From: Phoronis australis
Taxonomy: Eukaryota; Animalia; Phoronida
Reading direction: 5' to 3'
NCBI GenBank assembly: GCA_002633005.1
Contig: NMRA01000297.1
Location: 276,993-340,992 of the forward strand
Length of the DNA stretch: 64,000 nt
The position numbers were made by a program, and so were the translations under genes. Of the stretch, positions 13,201-26,529 are shown piece after piece; the first letter of the stretch is position 1; the number at the start of each line of letters is the position of its first letter. Under the pieces are notes generated by a model, which saw nothing but the letters and a program-made list of their open reading frames with translations, made no database searches and had not been told where the DNA came from.

Positions 13201-14130
13201 TCCAACGGAATTGATGTGTCGTCCGCATAGTATACTACGAAATCAAATATGCCTTACTTTCTGTAAACTACACGAGCAATACTTTTATACAATATGAACA
13301 TGTATGGAGACAAAGTGTCACCTTGTCTGCAGCCACGCAAAATAGTGAACCAGGAAAACGGGTGACCATTTACGATAACAGAGGACTTAATACTACTGTA
13401 AAAGACTTTCACCCACAGTCTCATCGACCAACCGAAATTAAGTAAATATAAAGATTTTTTAATAAAAATCCTCGACAAAGAATCAAATTCTGTCTCAAAA
13501 CCAATCATATAGCACGCGGATACTTCCGTTCATATTTCTTCCAGTAACGAAACCTGCCTGGCTCTTAGTGATAAGTTTTCCCAAAACGGATTTTAACCGT
13601 TCCGCCACAGCTGAAGGAGCCAATTTAAATGTCACATTGAGTAAGGATATGGGTCTCCAGTTTTTCAAATAATGTTTATTTGTATCTGCTCCCTTAGGGG
13701 TGCAGGTAATCACTCCCTCTTTGTGTGTTGATGATAACTGGCCAACAACAAAAGTGTTAAGTGAGCGAACAACAAAACGTCCAATGTCAGCACAAAAAAA
13801 AAATAAAACATTCCACTGAAACCCATCAGAGCCTGGGCTCTTGCATTTCATTTTTCAAACATTGTGTGACTTTTTCATATGCACGAAGACCTAATTTTTT
13901 TTCTGTCTCCTTCAGTTTGGAGACACAAACCTTATCAAGAAGATTTTCTAAATCAGTATTGTTAGGATGTCTATACTTGTATACATTTTTAGAACAAGTT
14001 TTGGTTTCCTGAATAACCTCTTCGTCACTATTGGTTTTAGTATTGTCAGATGCTTTTGTTTGACAAATGAACTTTTTAAAATGTTCTCATTCAACACGCA
14101 GAACCTTTTAATATTCTTCGCGTAGAAATT
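10300..14130 (-). mobile_element. Decayed L1/Tx1-clade LINE (ORF2: RT and C-terminal zinc finger), in Vax intron 1
   Basis: Motifs KSPGSDG, WRPISLLNVTFKL, QAGF, GCRQGDTLSP, YADDT (~13230) and the zf-RVT-like FRILHRIIATN...CSICNKAPETLSHLF. Many frameshifts and stops; ends approximate. Confidence 0.9.
10880..12057. mobile_element. Non-autonomous TIR element with 2-bp AT duplication, nested in the LINE
   Basis: Ends AG...CT with inverted blocks (TTGCGAGTTT; CTGTGAC.TCAC.GGAA..GGGGCAAAA). Removing the element plus one AT restores LINE codons RWLQFRILHR. Confidence 0.8.
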
Positions 14131-14589
14131 GTCATGAGCCCGGCCCCCAACTCATGGATTATACAGGAAAAAAGTAGATAGAAACACCATCACGGTCCTC
14201 AAAAGTAGTTTGTAGTTAAAATAGTTGATTTAAAATTATGAATTCCTTGAAATGAAGAAACAAGATACAATTTTGTGGAAAAGAACAAATGAAAATAACA
14301 AGCTCAGACAAACATGGAACCAGACTCCCCAAGACCTTCGAGGCCCTCATCTGGCGACTGCATGCCGGACATACGCCCCGGGACTACTCATCTCGGCATT
14401 TGCATATCACCGTATTTACTGACTCCTATTTTTAATCCGAATAAAGTATGCATAATATAAAAATGTATTTCCTTGAAACCTGTTTAGGTTATGATTTAAA
14501 AAAACGCCCTTCACGTGTGAGACTCATTTTCCGGAGTGAGGGCACCGGGATAGTAAGTATGTATAGTCATGTGTCTGCGCCTACTCACA

Positions 14590-15260
14590 CTGCCGACTCA
14601 AAGCCAAGGAGGCACAGAACAGTTCTCACTGGGTTTTGCCTAGCAAAACACACATCACTTGATTTGTAACCTTTTCTTCACTCTGTCAAAAACAGGATGC
14701 AAAGAATGGCATGTTTTCAATTATTTCACATAAAAAGCCCAGCAGATGAGTACAGAAACTTTATTCTTTCTTGTATTTTTGACCATTTCATTCCCACTGA
14801 AAACCAAGCTAGACTAAGAAACATAAGGGCAAAAAAAAGCAAAATCGGCACTTTTCACCCGAAAAACACCACTTCCCTGCCGATGCACGAACCAACCTTA
14901 GAGTCTGAAAGCAAATTTCCTACCGATTCAGAAAACGTGGTCCAAAAGTACTGTCAACCAACTAGTTTTTTGGCAATTCTAGCTTGTTTGAGGGCTACCT
15001 AAAATCACATCCAATTTCTCGGTCGCTACCCAACAATGCACAATTGCAGCCGGGGGCCGCCATCTTGAAGAAGAGTGCAGCTACAGCCAAGAAAGTGGCC
15101 TTTTTTATTCACAGCATGTTCACAAATACAAACAAACCACATTCACTGAGCCTACGTGCAATGCCCACCTACAAAATGCCCCCAAACTTGGCCTACCCCA
15201 AAATTTCTATATTTTGGCAAATTGGCCGCGGCCGCAGCCTAACTATTCAGTGCCACCCAA
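14590..15260 (+). repeat. Dispersed repeat, copy A (related to 17275-17683)
   Basis: Shared blocks TCACTGGGTTTTGCCT.GCAAAACAC.CATCA and CCGCGGC.GCAGCCTAACT.TTCAGTGCCACC. Confidence 0.7.
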
Positions 15261-15841
15261 AGGTGCAGGATTGTTGGCCAAGGGAACATGCTAGTGGTTA
15301 CGCTTAAGTCGTTGTGAGGAGAAGTGAAATTCAAACTATAACATACTTAAAACTACAAGTAATTTTGATTTATGCTTAGGGATGTCGTTCATGTAACGAC
15401 TTGGGAATCAGCACTAAATATATTTCAGAGTCGTTCTACTGATGACTTGGAAAACGTAATAGTTCTTCTAACCCTACCGGCGTTTTTTCGAAAATGGGAG
15501 AGTGTTTTTGCGGAAAATATGATAATCACCTTTAGGGAAAACTACTTAAGCTTGAATGGCGAAATTTTGTTAAATTGGCAAAATAAAGAGCATCACAAAA
15601 TTGCCACGTAAGCCAGAAAAGCCAGGCTAGCGGTGTAGGCGAAACACAAAAAGTACGACTACATTACGTGATCCTTCATTGCACCAAATGTCTTGAAAGT
15701 GTAACATTGTAGGGCAGGAGGTACTAAGTGCAACTCACTTTAATTTCAACTTTTGTTCGTCCTTAGATATTGTGATCGTGGTTAGCGGTCAGAGGTCAAG
15801 ATAGACATTGAGAAATAGCATGCCATTCCGGCTTTGAGTAA

Positions 15842-16053
15842 AGTTATAGATTTGAACTCGCATCATGGGACGTGCATTTCGCCCTGTTTAACTGGTTGTA
15901 GATTTGAACTCGCATCATGGGACGTGCATTTCGCCCTGTTTAACTGGTTATAGATTTGGACTCGCATCATGGGACGTGCATTTCGCCCTGGTTAACTGGT
16001 TATAGACTTGAACTCGCATCATGGGACGTGCATTTAGCCGTGGTTAACTGGTT
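15842..16053 (+). repeat. ~52-bp minisatellite, 4 copies
   Basis: Unit GTTATAGATTTGAACTCGCATCATGGGACGTGCATTTCGCCCTGTTTAACTG. Confidence 0.9.
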
Positions 16054-16819
16054 AAAATCGGAAATTTAATTAGACGTTTTACTCTCACAAAACAGGTCTT
16101 GCGATATTTTTACAACTGTGACAAGATTATATTCCTGTTAGCAACTCAACTCACAATGCAGGAAATGCTCCATTTTCGAAATCGCATTTTTAGGTTTAAT
16201 CAATCTAAACAATCAATTAGGGTACCATGATATGGACTATTATAAGTCCGAATTGATGAGAGTAGAGTTTATAGCTCAGACTAAACAGGGTCAAATGTTT
16301 TGAGTCCGACTTTTAATCGTGCCTATTTCGAAGATTAGATTCCTGTCTCTGATGCATTTTCATGGCAACATTTTTTTCAAAATAATTGTCGATTTTTGGA
16401 ATATCGATTGTATCCAGACAAGTGCGGTATCGGCAGCTAATACCATAATCTTTTTATACACACTTTTTCAAATTTCTCACATAAATAACGGTAAGATGAT
16501 AGTTATTTAGAATTTCGTGTCTACATTTCTCAAACTCTCAGAGTATAGCTGTGGTCACATTGATGTAGTAGATTCCCAAGGTAAACTTAATTCAAATACT
16601 CGATGTCAATTTATAAAAACCTTAGCTTTAGAATCCCCTCCTTTGAAAGAAACTGGCTTCTACAAAAACACAACCAACCAGCTAAAACATTCTTTTCCTG
16701 ACTTGGCCGAATTTTACTGGCGCTAGGCACTCAAATTTTCAAAACAACCTAGTTGATTTTATTGGTATGGTAAATGTATGTATGTACAGCACGTTTGTAA
16801 AGCATTGTTATTTTTTCAG

Positions 16820-17007
16820 ACGCAAACGGCGTTGAGAAAGAATTGGTATTTCCCAAGGCGCTAGATCTCGACCGACCCAAGCGGGCTCGAACAACGTTCT
16901 CCAGTGCACAGTTAGACACTTTGGAACACGAGTTTGATAACAATCAGTATCTCGTTGGCAAAGAAAGAAGCGACCTGGCCTCTAGACTAGGATTAACTGA
17001 AACGCAG
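16820..17007 (+). CDS. Vax: Vax homeobox protein, coding exon 2 (homeodomain helices 1-2)
   Basis: TTTTTTCAG acceptor, CAG|GT donor. Encodes (D)ANGVEKELVFPKALDLDRPKRARTTFSSAQLDTLEHEFDNNQYLVGKERSDLASRLGLTETQ; PKxLDLDRPKR is diagnostic of Vax. Confidence 0.95.
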
Positions 17008-17274
17008 GTGCAGTATTTTTAAAACGGCTAAAACCGGCTCCTTTGAATTCATCAGATTTTTCAAAACAGACAGTTATCGAAAATACATCCATGGGCGTAG
17101 TTTTGGAATTTTCCGGAAATACACCCATGAGCAGACTTTGGGAAATTCCCAGTAAGCCTCGTCAACACTCAAAAAGCAGAGAGACAATCTGATAGTTTAA
17201 AAGTCTCCTAAATAAGAAAGTTTTTTCTAACTCGTCTGGCGAGTTAATCAGCAGATGCGAGAGACATGGGTCAT

Positions 17275-17683
17275 ATCGAGCCATGAGGGGTACAGAGCAG
17301 TTATCACTGGGTTTTGCCTTGCAAAACACGCATCATTGGACTTGTCAGCTTTTCTTCCCTGCGTCAAAACCCCTAAAATTCCTTTCACAATACCCGCCCT
17401 ACTGATGAGCACAGGAACTTTGTCCATCTTGTATTTTTGCTCTTTCCCTCACGCTGAAAAGCACGGTACATGTAGGTTAAAAAAGGGCAAAACACAAGAT
17501 TATAATTTTTAACCTCAAAATCATCACTTCCTGGCCGAGGCAAATAGAAACAGACTACATTCTAACTGAGCCCACACACAACGACAACCTCAAAACTGTC
17601 CCCAATCCTGGCCTACCCCTTGCATTTATTTTTTGGCACTGCAAACTGACCGCGGCTGCAGCCTAACTGTTCAGTGCCACCAT
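17275..17683 (+). repeat. Dispersed repeat, copy B (shorter)
   Basis: Similar to 14590-15260 in the same orientation. Confidence 0.7.
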
Positions 17684-18925
17684 AGGCTACACCCGAGAGG
17701 AGAAACGGATCACAGCGAACCAAAGGCTCCACCTGTTGTGACAGACGGATCACATTGAACCACAACTAGGCTTTACTTCGCGACGCCATGGAGATATCAT
17801 TGTAGATTTTATTTGCCACTGAACGCAGCAATCGGACAACATCATATCACGGAATGAGTACCTTCCGGGTAAAGTCACTTAGTTCTCTATCGGGCTCCCA
17901 ATCTCGGTGTTTCGACAGCATGTCAGCTAGGCAACTAAGAAAATCGAGTTTTTGACATAAATTTCATGTTTAGGAAAATCAGCAGGAAACGGTGAATACT
18001 TAAAACTCTTAATTTTCCATTGTACTTTAAACAAAATATAATCCTCTAGTCTTAAGTTTACATATCAAGTTTTGGAAACAAGATCACATTTCTGAATCCA
18101 GAAGGGGTGCAAAACGCCTGCTCCAAATCTCAGACACATATTGCATCGGTATAATAAAGAACTATTAAACGAACTGTGTATGTATATATCCCCACTCCTC
18201 CCTGCCCATGAATTGCGACAACATGTGTTAGAGTTGATGAAACGTGATCGATTGTTCAGTGTTTCAGGGATTCGTACTTAGGAGTCCAAGCCCTATTTTC
18301 AAGGTTTTCTAAAGAAATAAGCCGCTACATGCGCTGTACTGCGTTATGTCGCAATTTCGACTGAAGGGCAAATATCAGCTTTCGAGTTGCTGATTTTGAC
18401 CTCATCACTGTTCTTGGTCAATAAAAGACATTGTATGCATCCTGCCTCAAGACAAATGAAAAGCCCGTAACTTACAGAAAGCACAATAGAGGGGACTTCT
18501 TGAACAAAGCCATGTCTTTTTGACTGGCTTTGTCCACAGGAAATAATTTTAGATACATGTACCACAAATGAACAGAAATTGTGAGGAGACATTAATGCTC
18601 TTGCACTCTAATTTCCAGAAATTTAGGTTAAAATATGTCAACATCAACATGGGTTCTGTTTCTTGAAATGCCACAAGCTCATAATTTTGTCTTAAGTTTC
18701 ACACAGTCATTTTTGATAAGTGATTTAATTCCATCTGTGCAAATCTTCAAAGCCTCAGAGAATACACAACTAAGTGCTAGTTGCTAAGATAATTTCTGTA
18801 AATTATTTCTGAAATGCCTTAAGTGTTGAGTCATTTTTTCTCTAATTTTTGCCATATTCAACTTCTCTCAAGGGTTTCTGTAAATCGTGCTTAAAATTCC
18901 CTACTAAGCAAGGATGTGCTGTGAA

Positions 18926-19135
18926 AATGTCGAGACCTTTATATCCGGGTAAATGTCGAGACTTCCGTATCTGGGTAAATGTCGAGACTTTCATATCTGG
19001 GTAAATGTCGAGACTTTCATATCCGGGTAAATGTCGAGACTTTCATATCCGGTAAATGTCGAGACTTTCATATCCGGGTAAATGTCGAGACTTTCATATC
19101 CGGGTAAATGTCGAGACTTGCATATCCGGGTAAAT
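18926..19135 (+). repeat. 26-bp minisatellite, ~8 copies
   Basis: Unit AAATGTCGAGACTTTCATATCCGGGT. Confidence 0.95.
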
Positions 19136-20365
19136 AAGAGCAGAAGCCAACATTCTGGACTCCATTTAAACAATACAAGTTCAATTATGTTGTGGATACT
19201 TACATTTAATACACAAATTGCGTCAAACCTGACCGTCTGCGTTTTTTATTTTTTGGGAGCTACCTAAAGCATCAGCCACTCGATACGTTACTTGCAAAGT
19301 CTCATTGCGGAACAATGCGTTCATGATCCGACGCAATATGTCGAAAACAAGTTCGGTACATTAGCCGTTTGACGTGCGAGGCGTAATGTCGTGACACAAT
19401 GTATTCCTATGTGTCACATACCCTTATTATAGACCCAATTCACGCGGCGGACATTAAAATCCAAAGTGAGGCTCACTGCGATAAACAAAGCGGAAATTTA
19501 CATTGCGTGAGTTAAATGGCCAGTCTTTGGAGTCCAACCTGAATATTAAATCTTAAAAAATTGTGCCAATAATTAACGAGAGAGACGTAGAAAATACAGT
19601 CAAAGAACAAGTCAATGCAATAAAGAGTTGTCTGACGAAAGGGTATAAGTTTTTTTTCGGGAAAACTAGGTTCGAAACATGAAAAGTAAAAACGACCAAA
19701 TTGCGGCGATCGTANCTTTCATATCCGGGTAAATGTCGAGACTTTCATATCCGGGTAAATGTCGAGACTTCCATATCCGGGTAAATAAGAGCAGAAGCCA
19801 ACATTCTGGACTCCATTTAAACAATACAAGTTCAATTATGTTGTGGATACTTACATTTAATACACAAATTGCGTCAAACCTGACCGTCTACGTTTTTTAT
19901 TTTTTGGGAGCTACCTAAAGCATCAGCCACTCGATACGTTACTTGCAAAGTCTCATTGCGGAACAATGCGTTCATGATCCCACGCAATATGTCGAAAACA
20001 AGTTCGGGACATTAGCCGTTTGACGTGCGAGGCGTAATGTCGTGACACAATGTATTCCTATGTGTCACATACCCTTATTATAGACCCAATTCACGCGGCG
20101 GACATTAAAATCCAAAGCGAGGCTCACTGTGATAAACAAAGCGGAAATTTACATTGCGTGAGTTAAATGTCCAGTCTTTGGAGTCCAACCTGAATATTAA
20201 ATCTTAAAAAATTGTGCCAATAATTAACGAGAGAGACGTAGAAAATACAGTCAAAGAACAAGTCAATGCAATAAAGAGTTGTCTGACGAAAGGGTATAAG
20301 TTTTTTTTCGGGAAAACTAGGTTCGAAAAATGAAAAGCAAAAACGACCAAATTGCGGCGATCGTA
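19065..20365 (+). repeat. 650-bp direct duplication around a single-N gap (likely haplotype-overlap artefact)
   Basis: 19065-19714 and 19716-20365 differ at about 9 substitutions by eye; N at 19715. Confidence 0.85.
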
Positions 20366-22072
20366 GTGTTACGGATTAGTTATCATGCAGAATGCAGGGT
20401 TACGTTTCTTCTGATAAGTTCTTGATAAAAATGCTTGCTACACGAACCAGGTCATCTGGCCGTATTGTTTACGAGTTGAAGATATATTCGACAGTGGTGG
20501 CTCATAGCATTTTGCTGTCATGTGCAATTAGTCACATCTGGTTTAATTTGTTGATCAAGAGTAGGCCTATTAGCTTCAAGCATAGCCTATGTCCTGGTGA
20601 GGTAGGCACTACCGGGACTAACAGTGGATTTGTCATTGATCTGAAATAATACTTGATGTTATTAAATATATATTTTGATCACGATAAAAAACCAGGCTCG
20701 CAATTGAAAATAAAAAAATATATGACCATGAATTCTGCTTTCTTGGTTTTAATAATTACGTCTATTTCATGTGTGATACTTTTCAAATATCAATCTCGAC
20801 CAAGTTGAATTTTGAAATCAAAACACCTAATTCTATCGTCCAAAGCATAACCTCGTTTTAGAGCTCAATTTTAGTTAACTGGACAGAACACAGTGGCGGA
20901 TTTAGAGGGGAGCCAAAGGGGCCATGCTCCCCCCTAAAATTCTCCCAGATTCCATTTGGCAGTTCAGGAGCGCGAATGTCTGATGGGCAAAATCCTGGCT
21001 AATACTCTGTTTTGCCCCTCCCCCACTCAAAGTCCTAGATCCCCCTGGAACACACAGTTATTATGTTTCTTCAGAGGTCTCGTTCATATCCCAGGGGAAA
21101 GGTGCCTGTGCGGCCTTCTGAGAGGGAAACGTTTCGCCGAGTGACGGGTCAGTGAAAAATCTACTGACCTCCCGATCACCATCAATAGCACCCCGCCCTG
21201 ATGCAAGCTTTCATAGCTCTGTCTCATGTAGCATTTTCAGTAGATGATCTAGGATACCATGAGGGGGGCCGACATCCTCTGAGAAGCGGGCAAAGCGCGA
21301 TTGTATGCACGCAGGCGGCCCGGAAGTTGCGGGCGCCGAGGATGTATAACTTCCGCTCAGGAAATCTGTCGTTGGACTAAAAAAACGAACGTGTTTTCCC
21401 CCCTCGTCCGCTACCGGTCGTAGGTCGAACTCAGGATAGTCCTCCCGCTTCACGTTTTGCTGGTTTATTTTGTTTACGGCAGTTAAGGGGGGCCCAGGGT
21501 TCCGCCCCCCCCCCCCTAAATCCGCCTATGATTTTGTACTTTTTCAAATTGTCACCCCTGTGGTCACAGGTTATTTGAACTGTTGCAGAGAAATTTTCAA
21601 TCACTAAGGGAATTTTTAGGCCTCGCGGGGCAGGGAAATTCGCGTGATTTTTCAATATTTTGAGACGGGAATAGGGACCATATTTGGCCCCAAAATTGAG
21701 GGATTGAGGGCCCTGTCCTTTTTGTAAAGAAAAATGCGTCGCGCTTCAACCCATAATCATGAAAACACAGCCTGACTGGCCGAAGATTCTCCGGTCATAG
21801 TTGCTATGGCGGCATCCGAGATGCGACAAATTATGATTCGAAAACAGTTATAAATTTTACACGGACATATTTTCCTTCGTCGCGGCGTATGGCAAGAACC
21901 CAGCGCCTCCGAATCCCAACGTCCCGCTTAGGGATTGTAAAACAGACAACAGAGTGTCGGTATTTTTCTAGCTGTTCGAGCAACGCGGAGTACAATTACG
22001 CGGATAAGCCACAAGAGCTATCATAGCGAGACTTGTTTTGGAACGTGCCTCCTGTCAGCGTGAATAGGGTCT
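20082..22072. mobile_element. Second TIR element with AT duplication, carrying nested repeats
   Basis: Left AT|AGACCCAATTCACGC, right GCGTGAATAGGGTCT|AT. Confidence 0.6.
20891..21046 (+). repeat. Short dispersed repeat (CAGTGGCGGATTTAGAGGGG... family)
   Basis: Related copies at ~39278-39426 (inverted) and ~58005-58160; termini also at ~32550 and ~48200. Confidence 0.7.
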
Positions 22073-22261
22073 ATGAATTGCACAGAGCGTAGTTAACGAT
22101 ACCCTGCTCTTGTTTATATCGACTTCAAAACATGATTGTCTCTGTAATAACCCAAAACTATCATTACCAAAGTAATGCAACATATACCAACGGAGACATT
22201 ATATTTACTTATTTCGTATTATAAGGTGACCGCTGCGTGAAATTAAAATATTCACTTTAGC

Positions 22262-22504
22262 CTTGTTATATTCCATCAGTCCGGTTATGGTCCATCAGTC
22301 CTGTCATGCTCCATTAGGACTGTCATGTTCCATCAGTCCTGTCATGTTCCATCAGTCCTGTTATGTTTCATCAGTCCTGTCATGGTCCATCAGTCCTGTC
22401 ATGTTCCATCAGTCCTGTCATGTTCCAACAGTGCTGTCAGGTTTCATCAGTCCTGTCATGTTCCACCACTCCTGTCATGTTCCATCAGTCCTGTCATGTT
22501 CCAC
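22262..22504 (+). repeat. 19-bp minisatellite, ~12 copies
   Basis: Unit TGTTCCATCAGTCCTGTCA. Confidence 0.95.
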
Positions 22505-22641
22505 GTTTCCAGCTGTTATAAATGTATGTTCACCAACATCGCTTTGTTGGTTTTCCACTTCTCTATAAACTTCTAAGCTTTATGGTGTAAAGAAGTAGTA
22601 CTGTCTCTAGTCGTCTGCCTCGCATATGTTTCTGTTCCCAG

Positions 22642-22998
22642 GTTAAGGTGTGGTTCCAAAATCGACGGACAAAGCATAAGAAAAACAAAGAAAAAGAAAA
22701 AGAAGCAGAACTTTCAAATAAAGTCAAAAGTAGCTCGACCGCAACGCCAAACATTTTAGACCTCTTCGGAAGCTCCAAAAAAATGTGCCATGCTTTGACG
22801 ACGCATGTACCCAGTGACGTCACTACAACCACGTGGAGTTTGCCAAGCGTGGCGGCGTCGTCATCAGCGTCATGTACATCACTAAGTCACGTGCCAATGC
22901 TTTCTGGTCAAGATTTCTACGGTGTCTCTCTGGGTGGTGATCTGCAGGCATACCAAACCCTCCATTCTTACTGGTCAACGAGAGGCTGTTTTACGTGA
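22642..22998 (+). CDS. Vax: Vax homeobox protein, coding exon 3 (helix 3 and C-terminus)
   Basis: TTCCCAG acceptor, phase 0. Encodes VKVWFQNRRTKHKK...ATPNILDLF (cf. Vax ATCSVLRLL) to TGA. The intron at ETQ|VKVW is a common homeobox position. Confidence 0.95.
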   Translation, partial: VKVWFQNRRTKHKKNKEKEKEAELSNKVKSSSTATPNILDLFGSSKKMCHALTTHVPSDVTTTTWSLPSVAASSSASCTSLSHVPMLSGQDFYGVSLGGDLQAYQTLHSYWSTRGCFT

Positions 22999-25900
22999 TT
23001 GGCAAATAGATGCTTCGGTCAAACATTTTCAGAACGAGCCACACGGTTTGTGCTGGACGCAATTCTTTCATTGTTTCCCTCTTTACACCTTTCAGCGTAA
23101 CAGTGGGATATTAACAGTACAATTGATTGCTACCATAAATCCACCTTGTACGTCGTCCTGGCGAAATCTATTGCATGGTTTCCTCATTTCATGACATGAC
23201 CAAATCTTCATTTAGAAATGCGTAGCGGTAGTTGAGCGCCAACATAATATTTTACGGCGAAGTTGTCATTGCTCACGTCCATCGTCGACGTGGTTATTAA
23301 CGTGGCTGATCTAGATATGCGTTCGATGTGGAACGTAAACGTGTCGAATTCAGTCCAGCCACATTTGAAGCGAGGTCATGCTGCTATCGTCCAACAGTGT
23401 CGGAATGATAAAGTGTGGGGCCTGTACTGACTTTTTGAATGGGTGATTCTTTTGAACGAAAGAAAGACGTGTATACCTGCTGTTCATTATGATTCAACAG
23501 TTCAAAGAAAGCTTGCGCTGACCAAAAGAACGGTGTTAGTCTTGAACTAGTTTATTATTTTTAACCGTTACATTACACTAAACAAAACGCCAGCAAAACT
23601 AATATGGTCAAAGGTATATCTCACACCGTAAAGTGGAATATATCCAATTAGCGGCCCAGAATATTCCCATTAACGGATTCGACCACCTCAATTCCGTTCA
23701 AAAGTTCTGCCATGACCAATTAGGGACGCAAACTCGCCATATTAAAAAGAAGGTTTCCACAACCAAAACACAAACCATAACTTACATGGGTTTTCGAGGA
23801 TGGTACGGCATGGGGAATATAAAGTTTGAAATATGACCAAACAATTATATAGAGAAACACCACTAATGCATATAAAAAAATGTGTTATCATGATTGTGTA
23901 TAAAATTGATGTTTGCCTCCATGGTAGATCGTGGCAGACTATGTTCTTCTAGGCTGCATACAATCACGTGACGGATCATTTTCCTTCAGGCTGCATACAA
24001 TCACCTCCCTCCTCTCAATGTGCAATTCACAGACAAGTGTCGAAGAAATTGCTGCTCATGATAGTGACAATGTTAGGATCCTGCAGAAAAATAACGGGGT
24101 TGATTCTAAGGTATCATGTGTCTTTGAATGCTTTTATAGTATCAAAGAGAATTCACAACGCATTTATTTCGCTTTTCTGTGTGAATGTAGCACAACTGTA
24201 CAAAACGTTGCCAAGCTGGGGAATACAACTGATGAAACTAAGACAGTTCTTTTCAGACGTCTGACGTAACACTGCTACGCTTCAACAAGAAGCAGCGAAT
24301 ATCAAATTAACTTGCGCGAATGAAATAGAGCCATACCGGATTACAGAGCGATAGATCTCTGCTTTATCCAGGAGGTAAGAAAGCGTGTTGTTTTCTCTGA
24401 CTTCGATTTGGAATGGCGGGCACATTTTCACGTGTCATGTGATATACCGTCGATGTGTATGGCTGTGGAAATATTTCCAAATTGCAACTGTTTAAGAGTA
24501 CGGGAATTGAAAAGGTGTCTGCGAGAATGAGTTTTTTTTTCTGATTCAAAAATGAACCGACGAACTTGTTTTATCCTCTTGCTCCGCGTTGTATTGACTG
24601 GTGTAGGAAAGGTGGTGTACTTGACGTCACACATGCGCGGACATTTGCCAAGTATGTCCAAAGGTGAATTTGTACCTGATATCAAGTATGCGCGTACCTT
24701 TGCCAAGTATAGTGTCCAATTTTTCCCGTCGGAGTTGCTCCCACATCACAGCAATGATACTTAGTTGGCATTAGAAGGACGAATAGACTAGGTCAGTTGA
24801 GAAAAAAAGAATGTAAAGAACGCGACACCAAAGAACAAGAGGCAGCAAAAGTGCGTGTCGCTGCGTAATCCGGGACAGCCCTATTGGTGGGTAAATTTTT
24901 ACTAGATTCTGTTTTCATAAACCTGTTCTATTGAGAAAATTGCTGAAAAGAAGTGGAATTTGAAGCAAAAGCACAATTAATAGGCAAGAGTGGAAAACAT
25001 GCTACAATAAGAGTTTTTTGAATGACACATAAAACTTTGATTAAGTGGAATGTCGCATATAAATAACAAAGGCGTTTCTTTCAATTTTCAACATAAGGCA
25101 AACGAAAGAGACTGAGTACCATTGAGGATTAAATGACTGAAACGCTGAGTGTGGGTAGTTCGTGTATGAAGTACACTATTACTAACAGTGTTGTTGTTCG
25201 CATAGATAAAAATTATCTAACAGCGTTATCTAGATAACGTTATGTAGATAACGCTACATTTCTTCCTGTTAAACGGGGTCAAAAACAAGAAAAAAACAAA
25301 TGAAGTATTTCACTTTCATGAAATTGATACTTTGCAATTCCTTTCCGTGATACATTTTCGTTACCAACTCAAATCAATCGCAATACATACATGCGCATTT
25401 TTCGAATACTTAATTTCAGAGTTGGCCGACCCCAATAAATTCTGAAACAGTTTCTTGAGTCGTTAACAGTTTCAGTGTTCTTGCTGGTATTGCAAAACGA
25501 ATCTTATACATCGGCACATCGGCAAGGCGTATTATGACAGGGATTTTACGAGAACAAAACGCCATATCGATTCTTGTTTTTATCCAACTTAACACAGCAA
25601 AACATCTTAAAGTTCTGTAGCAGCATACCGACAAGTGTGTACATTTAACCAAATATCAAAAAATTATAAATGCATTAATAACATGATCCAATACTACTTG
25701 GTTATTCAAAATAAGATGTTAAACGGGCTGTTATACATTTCTGAAATACCAATTCATTCCCAACTCATACAAATTTTACATAGCCACTCATGCAAAAGCT
25801 GAACACTTTGAAAACAGTTCATAGGATAATAGTGCATGAAGTTCGTGAAAGTTTCACGTGACACTCATCTGACATTATGAAGTATGGTATTCCAAATTTT

Positions 25901-26529
25901 GTCAAATTGGAGAATTGTCCAGGGTCCACATAACCTTAAAAACGATTCAAGCGCGACTTGGGCGGGCGAGAAATGACATATTTCAAAGAAAGATAAATAA
26001 GAATGAAGCCATTTACTTTAAAGCCAAAACAACTCATCATATGCGTTATCGTTATTTTGATTACAGTAAAACTAAAAAAAAGTTTAAGTTGCGTTATTTG
26101 AAGACACCATGGTAAAATAAAATAAAGAATATTCGACACTCGCCAATGAGCAAAAGCGCGACGTTCCAGGGCGTTGCTTAGCGTTAGTCATGCTAAGCAA
26201 ACAGCGCACATTGCAACTTTAACAAAACTTGGAGTCCTAGTGTTGCCAGATTCGATTGGAAAACAATTAACACGTCGAGCAGCTTTGTAATGGCGACTTA
26301 TACCTGGATTACTGAGCTGGTGGAGCCTGTAGCGTAACATGAGAACTATCGTTTATACACAATGGTGTGGCGACAATGATTAGACCAGACTGTATAGTCG
26401 TGTCCTAAAAGAAAGACAAGTACAGCACGTGATCAGAACATGCATTCACGTGATCAGAACATTCAGCAGAGTTTGCGTAACAGTACATTGTACATGGTGC
26501 AGTAGAACAAATAGTGCACTTGTATATAT

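Noticed and set aside
14130-14460. Solo LTR (TGTCATG start, AATAAA)
   Set aside because: No matching CA end, TSD or second copy identified.
16820-17007. Emx or Not assignment for the homeobox
   Set aside because: The upstream YC...D.NG..ELVFPKALDLDRPKR motif is Vax-specific.
15842-22504. CRISPR-like appearance of the 52-, 26- and 19-bp repeat arrays
   Set aside because: Units are head-to-tail without unique spacers, there are no cas genes, and the context is eukaryotic introns.
22263-22576. Cys/His-rich repeat proteins
   Set aside because: Translations of a 19-bp intronic minisatellite; the same applies to the (CA)n ORFs at 46582-47002.
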